Shown here one piece after another: positions 49,295 to 62,382 of a stretch of 64,000 nucleotides of DNA (position 1 is the stretch's first letter; each line of letters starts with the position of its first letter). The stretch is from Rhynchobatus australiae (lineage: Eukaryota). The stretch lies in assembly GCA_034780895.1 (NCBI GenBank), contig JAUZTB010000107.1:44970148-45034147 (forward strand), read 5' to 3'. Both the position numbers and the translations under genes were made by a program. The notes beneath the pieces are model-generated. The model searched no databases. It saw nothing but the letters and a program-made list of their open reading frames with translations, and was not told the origin of the DNA.

Positions 49295-51254
49295 GTAAGT
49301 TGATTGCTCATTCATATTCATGTGAATCCCAAAGTACAGAAACTTCCTTAATTGCTACTACCAAGGACATTTAGTGATTGATTAAATTTAAGAGGAATGT
49401 AGTTCAGTTTTAGTACTGAAATTTCTGTCCTGATTTGTATGCAAGTCTGAATGCTTGATTCTGGGGAGTACGAATGGAGGATAGTATTGGGCTGGCATAA
49501 TGGAATCAGAAATTTACAGCACATGTAATGGGCGCATTTCATGTCACCCTAAAGTTGATGGTCCCTTGGGCCTTACTTGAGCACTTGGGCACTTACTGTG
49601 GCTGAGTGAAGCATAGGAGCAGTCTCAGTGCCAACGACCAACTGCACTCATGATGTCTTTGTCAGCCAGTGATGCTCCACCCCAGACACACCCACTATCA
49701 AAGAATAATGCCTTGCAATGATTAATGACACCATAATCTATTTGGGTTTTAGAATACTATAAGCTCCTTGACCTTTGCTTGCTTGCTGTAACGTGTTCAT
49801 CAGTGTTTGTTAAATTGACAAATGAAGGCTTAATGGTTTGGTTTTCTACGCTGTACCTTGAATCTTTTTATACATCAGGTATTCAGGCTCCCACAGCAAT
49901 AGACCTCAGAGTAACTATCACTTAACAGTTCAAGTACCATGATTGGATCTTTTGCTTCAGTTTCTCTTTTCTTTGTTAATTGTGATCAGAAAATTGTGAA
50001 TGAGAAGGAAGTTCCCTGCCCGTTACCACCACTACTCCATCTCCTTTTTATATAATTTTCCAGGAAAAGCCTTGAAGTGGGTTCTGGAAATAAATATAGA
50101 CAATAAGTGTTTACATCAACAGAGAGAGTTGGGTTGTTGTATTGTGCAGGCATTAGCTTCATCATTTGCAGTTTAATAAACTAATCATTTTTCTGTTTGA
50201 ACTTGCCACGGTTATGCTCATATCATAAATACTTATGGGTAAATGCCCTAGGGTATCCTTTAAATGAACCATCTGCATGACAAGCACTGCTTGCCACTTC
50301 CCAATAGACAATTCTGAGCATTTGTGGCACAGAATTCTGTTCTCTTGTGACTGGGACTGAGATTTCAGGGGAAAGGATGGAGAGATGAGAGAAAGGGTCT
50401 TGTTTCTATACAGCAAACTCACTTGTTCCCAAGTATACTTAAATCTCCATAGCAATTATTTCTAGCAGCAGGGCATCAACTGCATGTCCTAGGCACTGCA
50501 ATGCAGTTTCTCATTTCTTTGCATCAGAGTATAGAATCCCATTTTGCAAAAGGAAATCGATAAAGTAATTATTTTGTTTTGTTCCACTAGCAAGGTGATC
50601 TCAGCTAGAGCAGTGTGACAACAAGGGAAATAAGGTGGTCACAGATTAATTTAGTATTACAGAAAGAATTTAGAAGAGACACAGAGATAGGGACACAGAG
50701 AGAAATGTAATAATGCTATCTAATTTTAAACAATTTGAAGCAAATATGTCCAGTTACTTGCTCATTCCCGCAAGAAGTATAATAGGGATTGAAGCCCATG
50801 TGTAAGGTACAATATAAAACTAATTGGATATTTTTGCAATGGTGTATCTAAAGTATACTAGAAGCCTTGGGAATGAGTTGCAGGCTCTAATCTAATACAT
50901 TATTCTTTGATTCTAGTACCTAACCCTTGCCATGAGAATGTTATTTAGACTGGTGTAATCACATATAGAAAAAACTTTGCTCCCCTCTAATTTTTTTAGC
51001 CCTCTATCTTTCTAACGTATTAACTTTTAGACATCTTTTCTAACTTGTTCATGGGGATGTGGTTAGCGAGATTGGCAAAAGTTGTTGATAACAAATTGAA
51101 TAACTTGATGGGCCACTTCAGAAGGCACCAGACTGGTGGGTTTGGAGTCACATAGAGGTCAGAGCAGCTAAAGATGATAGATTTCATTTCTTTAAGGGCA
51201 TTAGTGAACTGGATGGGTTTTTATGGCCATCGCTACTGATACCTGTCTGAAAGT

Positions 51255-51610
51255 GAAACACTGCAAGTTCTGGAAATCTAAAACAAAACAGAAAATGATG
51301 GGAATGTTCAGCAGATCAGAGGGCATTTGTGGAGAGAGAATCAGATTTAACATTTCAGGATGAAATTAAAACAGAAAATGCGAGAAACACTCAGCAAGTC
51401 AGGTAGTTCTGATGAAAGGTTGTTGATTTCTCTGCACAGATGATGCCTGACCTGAGGTGCTTCCAGCATTTTTTGTTTTTATTTCAGGTTTTCAACACAA
51501 GCAGCTTTTCTGATTTTCAATTAACATTTCAGGACTATATCCTTTGGCTGATCAGAGATGTCACCTGACACAGAGCTCTTTGTCTTTCCCAGCATTTTCT
51601 TTTATATTAC
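51255..51610. repeat. Compound decayed Penelope-derived fold-back
   Basis: Two left arms (aaaacagaaaatg..cagca..tcag) and two right arms (cctgac..ccagcatttt), with central gttctgatgaaagg. Confidence 0.55.
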
Positions 51611-52754
51611 TGATACCATCTTTGTATTGCAGATATATTTAATTATTTGAATATAAATTCCCAAGGTGCCATAGTGAGACTAATAGTTCAGGCCCTGAAT
51701 ACTAGTCTACCAATTTGTCCGCTATACTATATTACTTCTAACAAGAAAATCTGCGAAATGAAAAGACTAACACTGTTTGAACATGGTGTTACCTCCATGA
51801 AGCCCGACTCCACTACCTTAAAAGATGTTGTCGATCTACTGTTTGACGTGAGGTTAATTATATTTTCAGAATGACCCATTTAAAGTGAATAGTTAATTTT
51901 CATTGTGGTAAGAGCTTTTGGATTTACTTTGCTCATTTATTTTCATTCATTTTATTGGAACTTGCCTTTGTTTAATGTGAAAGAAGTCTTCCCTCTCCCT
52001 GCTAACTCCTTGTCACTTGGCCTATGGTTCCCACATCATAGTACTTGTTGTATCTTTCCCTGTATAAACCATCTTGAGCCTCGCACATAGCTGAACAAGG
52101 AATATTTGTCCTTATGTATTGTTGATACAGCCTTATTCACAAGACATTCCAGGCTGAACCTGAAGAATTGTCCTTTGTGCCTTTACTGCCACTTTTCCCT
52201 GTTCTTTGCTTGTGACTTTAAATCTGTCTTTATATGCAGCTTCCTCTTTCCTGGTATTGAAACCCCTTCAGTAAGATGTGGTGATGTATCCCTAACATGC
52301 AAAACTGATTGTATGAAATGGAATCTTCATCTTATGTTTCTTGTAATCTAGACTGATGACTTTGCATTCTCAATTCTCTAGCCAGAGATAGTCAGATAAA
52401 TCATTCCAAATTCTTCTAACTACTTCAGTAAGGTTTTCCCTTGACCTTCTTTACTTCAGTAAATACAGCTTTTGGTTTCCAAGTCTTTCATCAGAGCCAG
52501 GAAGCCACTCATCTGTAGTGCCATCCTAGTCTTTGATACTAAATGTATGATTCAGTGGCCAGAAATGCTGGATTTTGGCATTGATTAATGCTGTCAAGGT
52601 CAGATTTATTGCTCAAGCTTGAGAAAAGTTGAAAATAATTTGCAATTTTTGCACCCGCACATGTTTTTCTTGCCTTGCTTTATCTTCCCTTGGGGCAGGC
52701 AGCAGGGTAGGACAGACAATGTGGGGTGGAGGGATTTGCAGCCTCTAGTGGAAA

Positions 52755-53980
52755 TGAAAAGAAGGTCATACAGCCCTCTCAAGCCTGCTCTACCATTTCA
52801 GTAAGATCATGTTAGATCTGAACTTGGCTTCAACATTTCCCTGCTTCATNNNNNNNNNNNNNNNNNNNNNNNNNNNNNNNNNNNNNNNNNNNNNNNNNNN
52901 NNNNNNNNNNNNNNNNNNNNNNNNNNNNNNNNNNNNNNNNNNNNNNNNNNNNNNNNNNNNNNNNNNNNNNNNNNNNNNNNNNNNNNNNNNNNNNNNNNNN
53001 NNNNNNNNNNNNNNNNNNNNNNNNNNNNNNNNNNNNNNNNNNNNNNNNNNNNNNNNNNNNNNNNNNNNNNNNNNNNNNNNNNNNNNAGAAGCTTATTTGT
53101 TTCAATAAATTCACCTCTCATTCTTCTAAACTTCAATGAATATAGGCCCAATGTGGTCAGACTTTCCTCATAAGACAAACACTTCTTACCAGAAATTAAC
53201 CTAATGTATTGCCTCTAATGCAAGCACATCTTTCTCAAATAAGATAAGATATTTATTAGTCACATGTACATTGAAACACACAGTGAAATGCGTCTTTTTG
53301 CGTTACTGAGAATACGCTGGGGGCAGCCCGCAAGTGTTGCCACTCTTCCGGCGCCAACAAGGAAATAAAAAGTGTAACAATACTTTTGGTGTCATCTCAT
53401 GAGCACCCAATATAATGAATCCACTGGGATATTTCCAGAGTTTAGGGAATTTTGGAAGATCACAATGCATCCTGTACATCTGCAGCAAATTCTTTTGCAA
53501 CTCTTGGATGCAGGCCATCAGGTCCAAGAACCAGTCCACCTTTAGTCCTGCTAAAGAAAGCAGAGTGCTTTTCTTCCAGTGATGATGATTGTTTTAAATT
53601 CCTACCTTTTTGCCCCTAATTTTCTACTATTATTGGGATGCTCATAATGTCTTCTACCATGAAGACAGAGACAAAATATTTATCCAACATCTTTGCCATT
53701 TCCCATTAATAATTCTCCGGTCTTACCTCTAAGGAACCAACTTTTAGCTAATCTCTTTCTTTCTATATATGCCTACAAATTCTTGTTGTCTATTTTTATG
53801 GTCCTCACTTGTTTTCTCTCATAATCTCTTCAATTCCTCTATTATCTTTTAGTTATCCTTTGATAGTTTCTAAAGTTTACTTAATTTTGTGGTGTACCGG
53901 TGACCTTTCTAACACTTACCTTTCCTTTGACTTGACGCCATGTTTAACTTCTTAAGTTAGTCATAGATGGATCGTCCTTC
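52755..53980 (-). mobile_element. CR1-like LINE fragments
   Basis: SYEESLTTLGLYSLKFRRMRGEFIETNK, plus decayed upstream ORF2 (PDGLHPRV-like, revcomp of actcttggatgcaggccatcaggtcc). Confidence 0.7.
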
Positions 53981-55774
53981 TCATCGTGTTTTTTTTATTT
54001 CTGAGGCACTGGTAGCCTTTAGGTTCTTGACCCAAGTAGCCCAGCCAGATCATAATCTCACTTTTCAAGTGTCACTGAATGCCTGATAGTTGGAAATACC
54101 ATGACAGGTTATTTTCCTTTTCCTTTGCCAACCACCACTGATTTTAGTATCCTACCACTAAAATGAGGTCATTGCAACTTTGGAATCAAACCAGGATACT
54201 ATATGATCTATATGAAGCAGTACAACAACTTGCTGACTGTGTTATGAATGGAGTTACTGGGAGGAGTAAGATGTGTTTAAAGATAAGCCTGTTGACAGCT
54301 CACAGGGAGTTCAGTAAAGTGGAAAGGTATGTGAGCTCTTTATGCACAAACTGCAAAGAAAAATCCCAGTAGTCCAATTCTAGATTTTGTCCTTTGGACT
54401 GCATTCAGGGTTATAGAGCTGTCATTAGTAGTTATGACGAGAGCAGAGCAAGGATTTTGTTGGAAGTAATTTTAGATTTCTTTTTGATTCATTAGAAAAC
54501 TTGTCCTTTTAATAAAGTTGTGCGTCACTGTTTAAAAATAGAAAACATATTGAATGGAATGAAGAATCCTGCTTTACACGTTACCCTTGTGGCCATTTTA
54601 GATGGGGATATTGATTTCAGAAAAAGACTAGATGATTTTATTCATGGTCTCTCTGTCAGCGATGGAACTTGCCGTAATATTGTTACTGTGCTTGTCAGAC
54701 TGATCACAGACCTAAGATTTTTCTGCTTGCAAAAATGTTAGACCTGACTAGTTTNNNNNNNNNNNNNNNNNNNNNNNNNNNNNNNNNNNNNNNNNNNNNN
54801 NNNNNNNNNNNNNNNNNNNNNNNNNNNNNNNNNNNNNNNNNNNNNNNNNNNNNNNNNNNNNNNNNNNNNNNNNNNNNNNNNNNNNNNNNNNNNNNNNNNN
54901 NNNNNNNNNNNNNNNNNNNNNNNNNNNNNNNNNNNNNNNNNNNNNNNNNNNNNNNNNNNNNNNNNNNNNNNNNNNNNNNNNNNNNNNNNNNNNNNNNNNN
55001 NNNNNNNNNNNCAAGTTGATTTGGAAAAACTGTGGTAAATGGAATTCAATGTCGGAAAAATGGGAGGTCCTCCACACTGGTTTTGAGAGGGAGTGATGAG
55101 GCTGCTGAGGTTATGCAATTTAAAACTTCGACGTTGAAAATTAATGATAGTAGAACTAAGATTAATGGAATGAAGAAGAGCAAAATGAGGTTAAGCTACA
55201 GATCAGCTTTACCTAATTAAATGACATTACAGGTTCAGAGGGAGCATGCACCTCCCCAACCCTTGTACCTTCCCTCCCAGAAACAAGTCTCATGCTCTTA
55301 AAGGTAGTGTATAAATGCATGTTGTTTATAACTCACAGGTGTTTCTGATAATGTAAGCAAAAATAAGTAGTTGCTGCTCTATCCCCATACTAGTTGGACC
55401 ACTGCCTTGGCTGATGATTATGGACAGCTCTGCATTACTGCTGTCCTGCAGAGCATTTTATTACTCGTACCCAGGTGACGCACTGTAGGTAATAAAGTTA
55501 CATTCTTTGAATGTTGGCACATCTGTATCATTAAGTAAGGGGAAGGTAGTTTCGAACTAAGAGCTTTTTGTACATTATTAAGTGGATACAGGCTAAGATA
55601 ACAATTATAAGTAGGTGTAGCTCATGAATTTAACACCTGTGGTCATGGGGAGATTTAGGCAGCTTGGAGTGATTGGTGTTAAGTTGCAGGAAATCCCATG
55701 ACATGTCTGATATGTTAGTGTCTTGTTGCATTTTCGTGCAATGCAAAGCTTGTGTTTTGCTTCATAATTTAGAG

Positions 55775-58280
55775 GCTAAAGAAGTGAAGTAAAACAAGAA
55801 AATGCCAGGAAGGGAAGAGGGAGTGAATTAAACAAATATTTTGTGCCCATTTTTATGAGTGACACAGAAAATNNNNNNNNNNNNNNNNNNNNNNNNNNNN
55901 NNNNNNNNNNNNNNNNNNNNNNNNNNNNNNNNNNNNNNNNNNNNNNNNNNNNNNNNNNNNNNNNNNNNNNNNGCCCATTTTTATGAGTGACACAGAAAAT
56001 CTTGTGGAAGCAATAAAAAGCTATAGGTGAATGAGGAGATAAAGAAATTAGCACTGGTGAAAAATGAGCATTGAAGGAATAATGGGAATGAAATGGAATA
56101 AATCCCCAGGACCTAATAACCTGCATTTTAGGATTTTGAAGAAGATGACTGGAAATAGTGGCTGCCACCTTTCAAAATTGCATAGATTCTAGAGCAGTTC
56201 CCATGGACTGTAAAGTTGCATATATAACCACAGAGAAAACAGGCATGACAGACCAGTTAACCTGTGATAAGTGGAGGGAAAACTTTGGAATCTATTATTA
56301 AGTAAGGCACTTAGAAAATAATAATAAGATTGGGCAAAGTCAATGGATTTATTTAAGGGAAATCCTGTTTGACAAAACCATTGGCGTTTTGAAGTTGTAA
56401 CTAGCAGAACAGATGAGAGTGAATCAATGGATGTTGTGTATTTGGACTTTCAGAAGGTCTTCAATAAGGTACCACACAAATTATTAAGCAAAATTATAGC
56501 ACATAGTATTGGAAGTAGTGTATTGGTGTAGATTAAGGATTGATAAATGGACAGAAAACAATAGAAATCAACCTTTTGGGATTAGGATGCTGTGAGGGCA
56601 GGGATTGGTGCTGGGGCAAAAGCTGTTCGCAATCTTAATGATTTGGATGAGGGATGCCTCATTAAATATATGAAATGTATTTAAGTATGTTGATCTCACA
56701 ATGTTGGATTACAGTGTGGGCTGTGAGGAAGATTCAGAGAGGCTTTGGGGGCGAAAGGCAGGTTAACAGAATGGGTGAGGGCATGGCAGATAGGTCATCA
56801 CTTTGGTGGAAAATATTGCAAGAAGTTTTAAGTGATGAGAAACTGAAAGATGTTGGTGTTCAAAGGGACACATGGATCACTTAAAATTAACGTGCAAGTA
56901 GAGCACCACTTTGAAAGTCAAATGATATGTTGACTTTTATTTCAAGAAGATTTGAGCACAAGAGTGGAGACATCTTGCTCCAATTGTGTACGGCCTGGCG
57001 ATGCCACATCGGGCCTATTCTGAACAGGTCTGGTCTCCCGACCTAGTGAAGGAAATACTTGTCATTGAGCAAAGCTTGATTCCTGGGATGGTGGATTTCT
57101 CGCACCGGTAAGATTTAATCAGACTGACTTATATCGCCTTGAGTTTAGGAGAATGAGCAGTAGAAATACACAAAGTCCTAATGGAGACACAAGAGACTGC
57201 AGATGCTGGAATCTAGTGCAAAAAAAACAAACTGCTGGAGGAACTCATCAGGGCAAAGAACACCATCTTGTATTCCATTTAGGTATTCTGCAACCCCCAA
57301 TATTGTGAACATTGAAGTCTCCAACTTCAGGTGACCCACACTCCCTGTGCTCTTTTTCTCTCTTCTTCTGATTTCCATTACCTCCTCTCCCCCACTGGTT
57401 CCATCCACCCATCATCCCTCCCTTACCTGGTTCCACATATCACCTTCCTTACTTGTCACATTCTGCATTTGCAGCCTCTTGCTTTCATTTGTCACCTTCT
57501 AACCTCTGTCTCTACCTCCACCCTCTCCTCCCCCATCAGACTCCCATCTGCCCTGTTTTTTCTCTCTTATCTGTCTCATCAACCACCAGCCACTGTCTCC
57601 TGAATCCACCCTCCCCCTCCCTACCTTGCTGCATCTGCTCATCATCTTCCTCCTCACCTGGTCCCACCTATCACCTGCCAGCCCTTGCCTCACCACTCCC
57701 TCTCACGTCTTTATATTGCCTACCTCCCCACTACACTCTCAGTCCTAATGCAGGTCTCAACCCAAAACATTGACCATCCCTTTGCCTCTACAGACGCTCC
57801 CTGAAGTGCTGAGTTCCTCCAGCAGTTTGTTTATTGCTCCAAATTCCCAATGGAATTTGATAGGTTAGAAGCAGGGATAATGTTTTCCATCTAGAATTGG
57901 TTCCACAGGCTCAGAATAAGCAGTCGGACATTCAGGATGGAGAAGAGAAGAAATTTTGGAGTTCTGATGAGGGTCTTTAACCTGAAATATTAATTGTGTT
58001 TCTCTTTCCACAGATGCTGCCCGACGTGCTAAAAGTTTCCAGCATTTTCTGTTTTTATTTCATATTATTTGATATTCATGAGGAGAAATTTCTTCACCAA
58101 GTGGGTGCTAAATCTCTGGAATTCCCTACCCAAGATGATGGTAGAGGTTCAGTTGTTGAGTATATTCAATCACTCTGAGTGATAGATATTTAGAAATTAA
58201 GGGAACCAAGGGATATGAGGTTAATGTAGAAAGGTGGCACTGAAGTAAAAGGTCACCTATGAGCTTAGTGAATGGCAGAT
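55775..58280 (+). mobile_element. Long decayed CR1-like LINE with nested Penelope pieces
   Basis: KSPGPNNLH.RILK and DVVYLDFQKVFNKVPH motifs, continuing to the 3' UTR. Confidence 0.8.
57186..57842 (+). mobile_element. Penelope-like element: inverted terminal arm, GIY-YIG C-terminal remnant, CT-rich UTR and terminal repeat
   Basis: EHHLVFHLGILQP/..NIEVSNFR* (~57258-57333) resembles the Penelope endonuclease end EQHLIFRLGTLQP.G.NI.FSNF. Flanked by inverted arms aaactgctggaggaactca / tgagttcctccagcagttt. Confidence 0.8.
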
Positions 58281-59039
58281 CAGCCATAGGATGGTGTTTG
58301 TGGAGTGATTAATAGCAAAATGGATCTTTAGTGTTTTGGCTGAGCAATGATTTACAGAGGGTTGGAGATGTTAGGCTGCTGAGGAATAGGAATCCTTAAC
58401 AGGTAGAGGAGCAACTTGAGTGCCTTTCTTTGTGTCACATAGAGACCAGGGGATGGCAGTGTTGATCAGGATGAACATCAGAATTGGGAGCTTCAGTATG
58501 GCTTGTTACCAATATTTCATTCTGTGTTTCGGTCTGATCATGTACTATAGATTTCTCTGCTAATGAAACATGCTTGTGAACTGTGTCAAAATTGAATAGA
58601 GTATACATTTAATTTGTGGTTTAATTGTTGTTCAGTAAATATTATCTGCATTTCAAATAAAACCGTTTCATTCGATTCAAATGCATGTTAAGGGCCATTG
58701 TGAAATGCAGAGAAGTATCAGACCCTCAGTCTTCAGTGTAGTTCCTTAGTTAATCACCTGTTGTTTGACAATATAGGTATACATATCATCTGCATAATGC
58801 AGTATCAACTGCATGCTTCCTTATTGCACAAGTTGCATTCTTTTTCTTTCATTTGTCAAGCTTTAAAGGTTGTCAATGCCTTCTTTTCAAGTTGCACTGC
58901 CTAATTCCACTGGAATGTTAATCAATTACAAATGTCAGTCAGTGAAGTTCAAATTGGAGTCAGATATATTGCAACGTCATAAACTACATAGTTCGGTTTC
59001 AAATTGTTGCTACTGAATGGAGCTAGGAAAAGTGGAAAA

Positions 59040-59760
59040 GAGTTTTTGATTAGGCCGACAGGTGATGACTAATGTCTTCCCAATGTTTAGTTGGAGTAAA
59101 TTTCTACTCTTTCAGTTCTCGACGTCAGGGATACTTGATAAGTCAAGAGATGATGTCATTATCGTGCTTGTGTAACGGATTCAGTGTTTCTGGGGTTTGT
59201 TGCCAAAAGTAAGTTTGGTCTACTCCTATTTCTTTTCTACAGTGACGGATCTTTTGGAGCACATCAGAAATAACCGCAGATGTGAAATAAGAAGCCATTT
59301 CTAGTGATTTTTCGGCTTTGACTGAGTAGATATAGAAGTACAGTCTGATTAGGTTGGACAACAGAAACGCTTTGGGAGATGAATGTGTTGTCAACTTTAT
59401 CAAAGACTGTTGATAAATCTTACCTCAATCTGAAACAAAAAACAGAAAATGCTGAAAACACTTAGTGGGTCCCAAGAGCCTTCATCAGAACTGGGAGAAA
59501 GCCTATAAAAATGCTCAAAATGACAGCCATGGGTTCCCAGTCAGCCTCTTGTATATGGCACCACCAAAAAATGGGACACATTGAGGCCATCCTCTATAGG
59601 AGGGGGGATGTTAAGAAACGAGACAACCATATAAGATGTCATCAGGCCCATTTCTTCACTGTGGCAGGACAAAAACCTGATTGGAGGGATTCAGACAAGG
59701 AGCTCGGGTAATAAGAATTTGAGAGGCTAAATGTAATCAAGGACGTTGGAGAGAGGGCAG
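59040..59760 (-). mobile_element. L2-clade LINE RT fragment
   Basis: DLSTVFDKVDNT (DLSAAFDTVDH-like) and NLLQLNIGKT motifs on the minus strand. Confidence 0.7.
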
Positions 59761-60371
59761 TAGTTTTGAAGAATGGGTAATTTCTGTCAATCTAATCGCT
59801 TTCAAATTTTGATATGTAATAACAAATGAGGCCAAGGAAATTATACATTTGCCTGCCTGTTCCATTCTCCATAGCTGCAGTAGCTTCTTTTTATTTTACT
59901 TGATTATTTCTGATTCGACTCTTATCACTTCAAAGCAATTTGGTCAATTATATGATTAGAGCACAGAAGAAGGCCATTTGGCCCATCAAGTTCATGTCTG
60001 CTTTTTGTAAGGGTGATCCAGCTAGTCCCCCACACCTACTCTCTCTCACCAGCCCTGTAAGCTCTTCCCATTCAAATACGTACTTGTTCAGCTCCCTTTT
60101 GAAACAGCCAGATATAATAGTGGAGGTTATGTGTTTTAGACTTTNNNNNNNNNNNNNNNNNNNNNNNNNNNNNNNNNNNNNNNNNNNNNNNNNNNNNNNN
60201 NNNNNNNNNNNNNNNNNNNNNNNNNNNNNNNNNNNNNNNNNNNNTTTAGACTTTAAGTACTAACTGTGTAAATAGAAATTAATTGTTTCGACAACAGCTA
60301 CTGAATTAATTTGAGCAATTGCCTTGTGCTGTGTGGATTTAGTGAAAGCTTTCTCCACTGTTTTCATGCAG

Positions 60372-60487
60372 CACGATGCACAGATGGATTACTATGGCAC
60401 TCGTCTTGCAACCTGCTCCTCTGATCGATCTGTAAAGATATTTGATGTTAAAAACGGAGGTCAAATCCTTGTTGCTGACCTAAGGGG
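60372..60487 (+). CDS. SEC13: SEC13 coding exon 3
   Basis: 116 nt, tgcag|CAC...GG|gtaagt. Translates [38 protein letters not shown](G), a WD40 repeat. Confidence 0.96.
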
Positions 60488-60959
60488 GTAAGTAGAACAT
60501 ATTGGTAAGGGGCATGTTTCTCTTCATATTAACATGTGAAATGCTGGAAAAGCTCCAATCTTAGCTTTAATAAGAAGAAAGAGAAATAAATGTTGCTTGG
60601 TTTAGCTTCCCTGATTCAGAAGTAAAAATAAAGCATTCTTACAGTCCTTCCTTCTTACCCCTGTATGCCCTGCACAGGACTTTAATCCTCTTTCAAAAAC
60701 TAAATTGCCACAGTTTGCCTAGCAGTATTCAGTCAGACTTCCAGATAGCAACAAACATTTGTTCCACAAAAGAAGTTAAATTGACCCAGACTAGCATGCA
60801 TGCCTCCAGGAATATCTGTATTAGCTCAGTTCAGTTTAAATGTCAGGTGGAGCAATATAGCATAAACCAGCAACCCAACTGATGTAATTGCCATTTGGCT
60901 CTCATTGTGTCAGCGTCATTCCAATGTGTCTTGCTGATGATCACAAGTACGTACAAGTA

Positions 60960-61215
60960 TACAACTTAGAAGTTGGAGTAGGCCACTCAGCCTCTCAAGC
61001 CTGCTCTGCCATTTATTAAGATCATGGCTGATCTGATTATAACTTCAATTCCTCTTTCCATCAACCCCTGATAATATTTCATCCTCTTGCTTATCAAGAA
61101 TCTATCTAACTTAGTCTGAAGAATATTCAAGGGCTCTGCTTCTACTGTCTTTTGAGGAAGAGAGTTCCAAAGATCCAGATCCCTAATTCTTAAACGGGTG
61201 ACCCATTATCCTTTA
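60960..61215 (-). mobile_element. CR1-like LINE 3' end
   Basis: ggagtaggccactcagcctctcaagcctgctctgccatt..aagatcatggctgatc is the reverse complement of the CR1 3' UTR. Also seen at ~52770. Confidence 0.7.
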
Positions 61216-61305
61216 ACAAATCCCAATAAGCATGCTGTTGAGAGAGTGTTTTCCATTGGAGAGATCCCACATGATTACTTTTCAGCCCATGGCTTATGAT
61301 TGATT

Positions 61306-61540
61306 AAAAAAAACATGATGATGCTGGATGAATTCAGCAGGCCAGGCAGCATACATGGAGAAAAGCAAGTGGTCAATATTTCGGGTCAGGCCCCTTCTTC
61401 AGGACTGCAGCTCCTGAAGAAGGGTCCTAACCCAAAACGTTGTCTGCTGCCTGCTTTTCTCCACAGATGCTGCCTGGCCTGCTGAGTTCATCCAGCATCA
61501 TCGTGTTTTTCATCCAGATTCCAGCATCAGCAGTCCTTTC
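61306..61540. repeat. Near-perfect ~200-bp palindrome from Penelope terminal repeats with two hammerhead-like cores
   Basis: Centred on ctg|cag at 61407/61408. Arms atgatgctggatgaattcagcaggccaggcagcat and atgctgcctggcctgctgagttcatccagcatcat. Confidence 0.9.
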
Positions 61541-62230
61541 GCTTGTGATTGATATCTTTCCCAATTTCTCTGTGGTTATAAGAAACTGTTTTGGTACCCA
61601 CTCAGAGCTTCCCCACCCTCCTTCATTGTCACCTGGGAATTGTCATTGTCACCTCCTCCATTGTCACCCCTTCATTAAGCTTGCGCTGAACACTTTCCAG
61701 TTAAGTAACTATACCGCTGGATGTTTCATGAGATAATGCCAACACTGTACGTAAGTGCTGGGACTGGAAGAATATGGTTAGATTTGGTTCATTTTGAAGT
61801 CAGAAATTTGCTATGTAGGTATAATTGCACTGTGGTTGACTTGCTGGACTGGTAACCAGGCATCCAATATCTGAGGAATGTAATTCAAATAAGTAAATCT
61901 ATTATCTAGAAAAAAAAATTCTGTAATGATGACTGTTGAAACTACCTGATTGTCATAAAAACCTATGTGGTTTGTTAGTGTCCTTCAGGAAAGCAAATAA
62001 GTGATTCTTACCTGGTCTGGCTTATATGTAATTTAACAATTCCATCAAGTAACCAGGGTTACAGCTACCTGCAGAGCCTCCCTTTGCTGGGGAAGATCCT
62101 AAGCTTCCAACAAGAATGCTACTTTCCAGACCTGTATCCTTGTAATATACATAATGGGCTTTTGCATAAAACAGTTAATGTACAAATAAAATTGTTAATT
62201 TCAAACTTAAATGAACAAATCCTTGTTCAG

Positions 62231-62382
62231 CCATGAAGGTCCCGTGTGGCAGGTGGGCTGGGCTCATCCAATGTATGGAAACATCTTGGCATCTTGTTCC
62301 TACGATCGGAAGATCATCATCTGGAAAGAGGAGAATGGGACTTGGGACAAGATGTATGAATATACAGGCCATGATTCTTCCG
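62231..62382 (+). CDS. SEC13: SEC13 coding exon 4
   Basis: 152 nt, gttcag|C...CG|gtaaag. Translates [50 protein letters not shown]. Confidence 0.96.
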
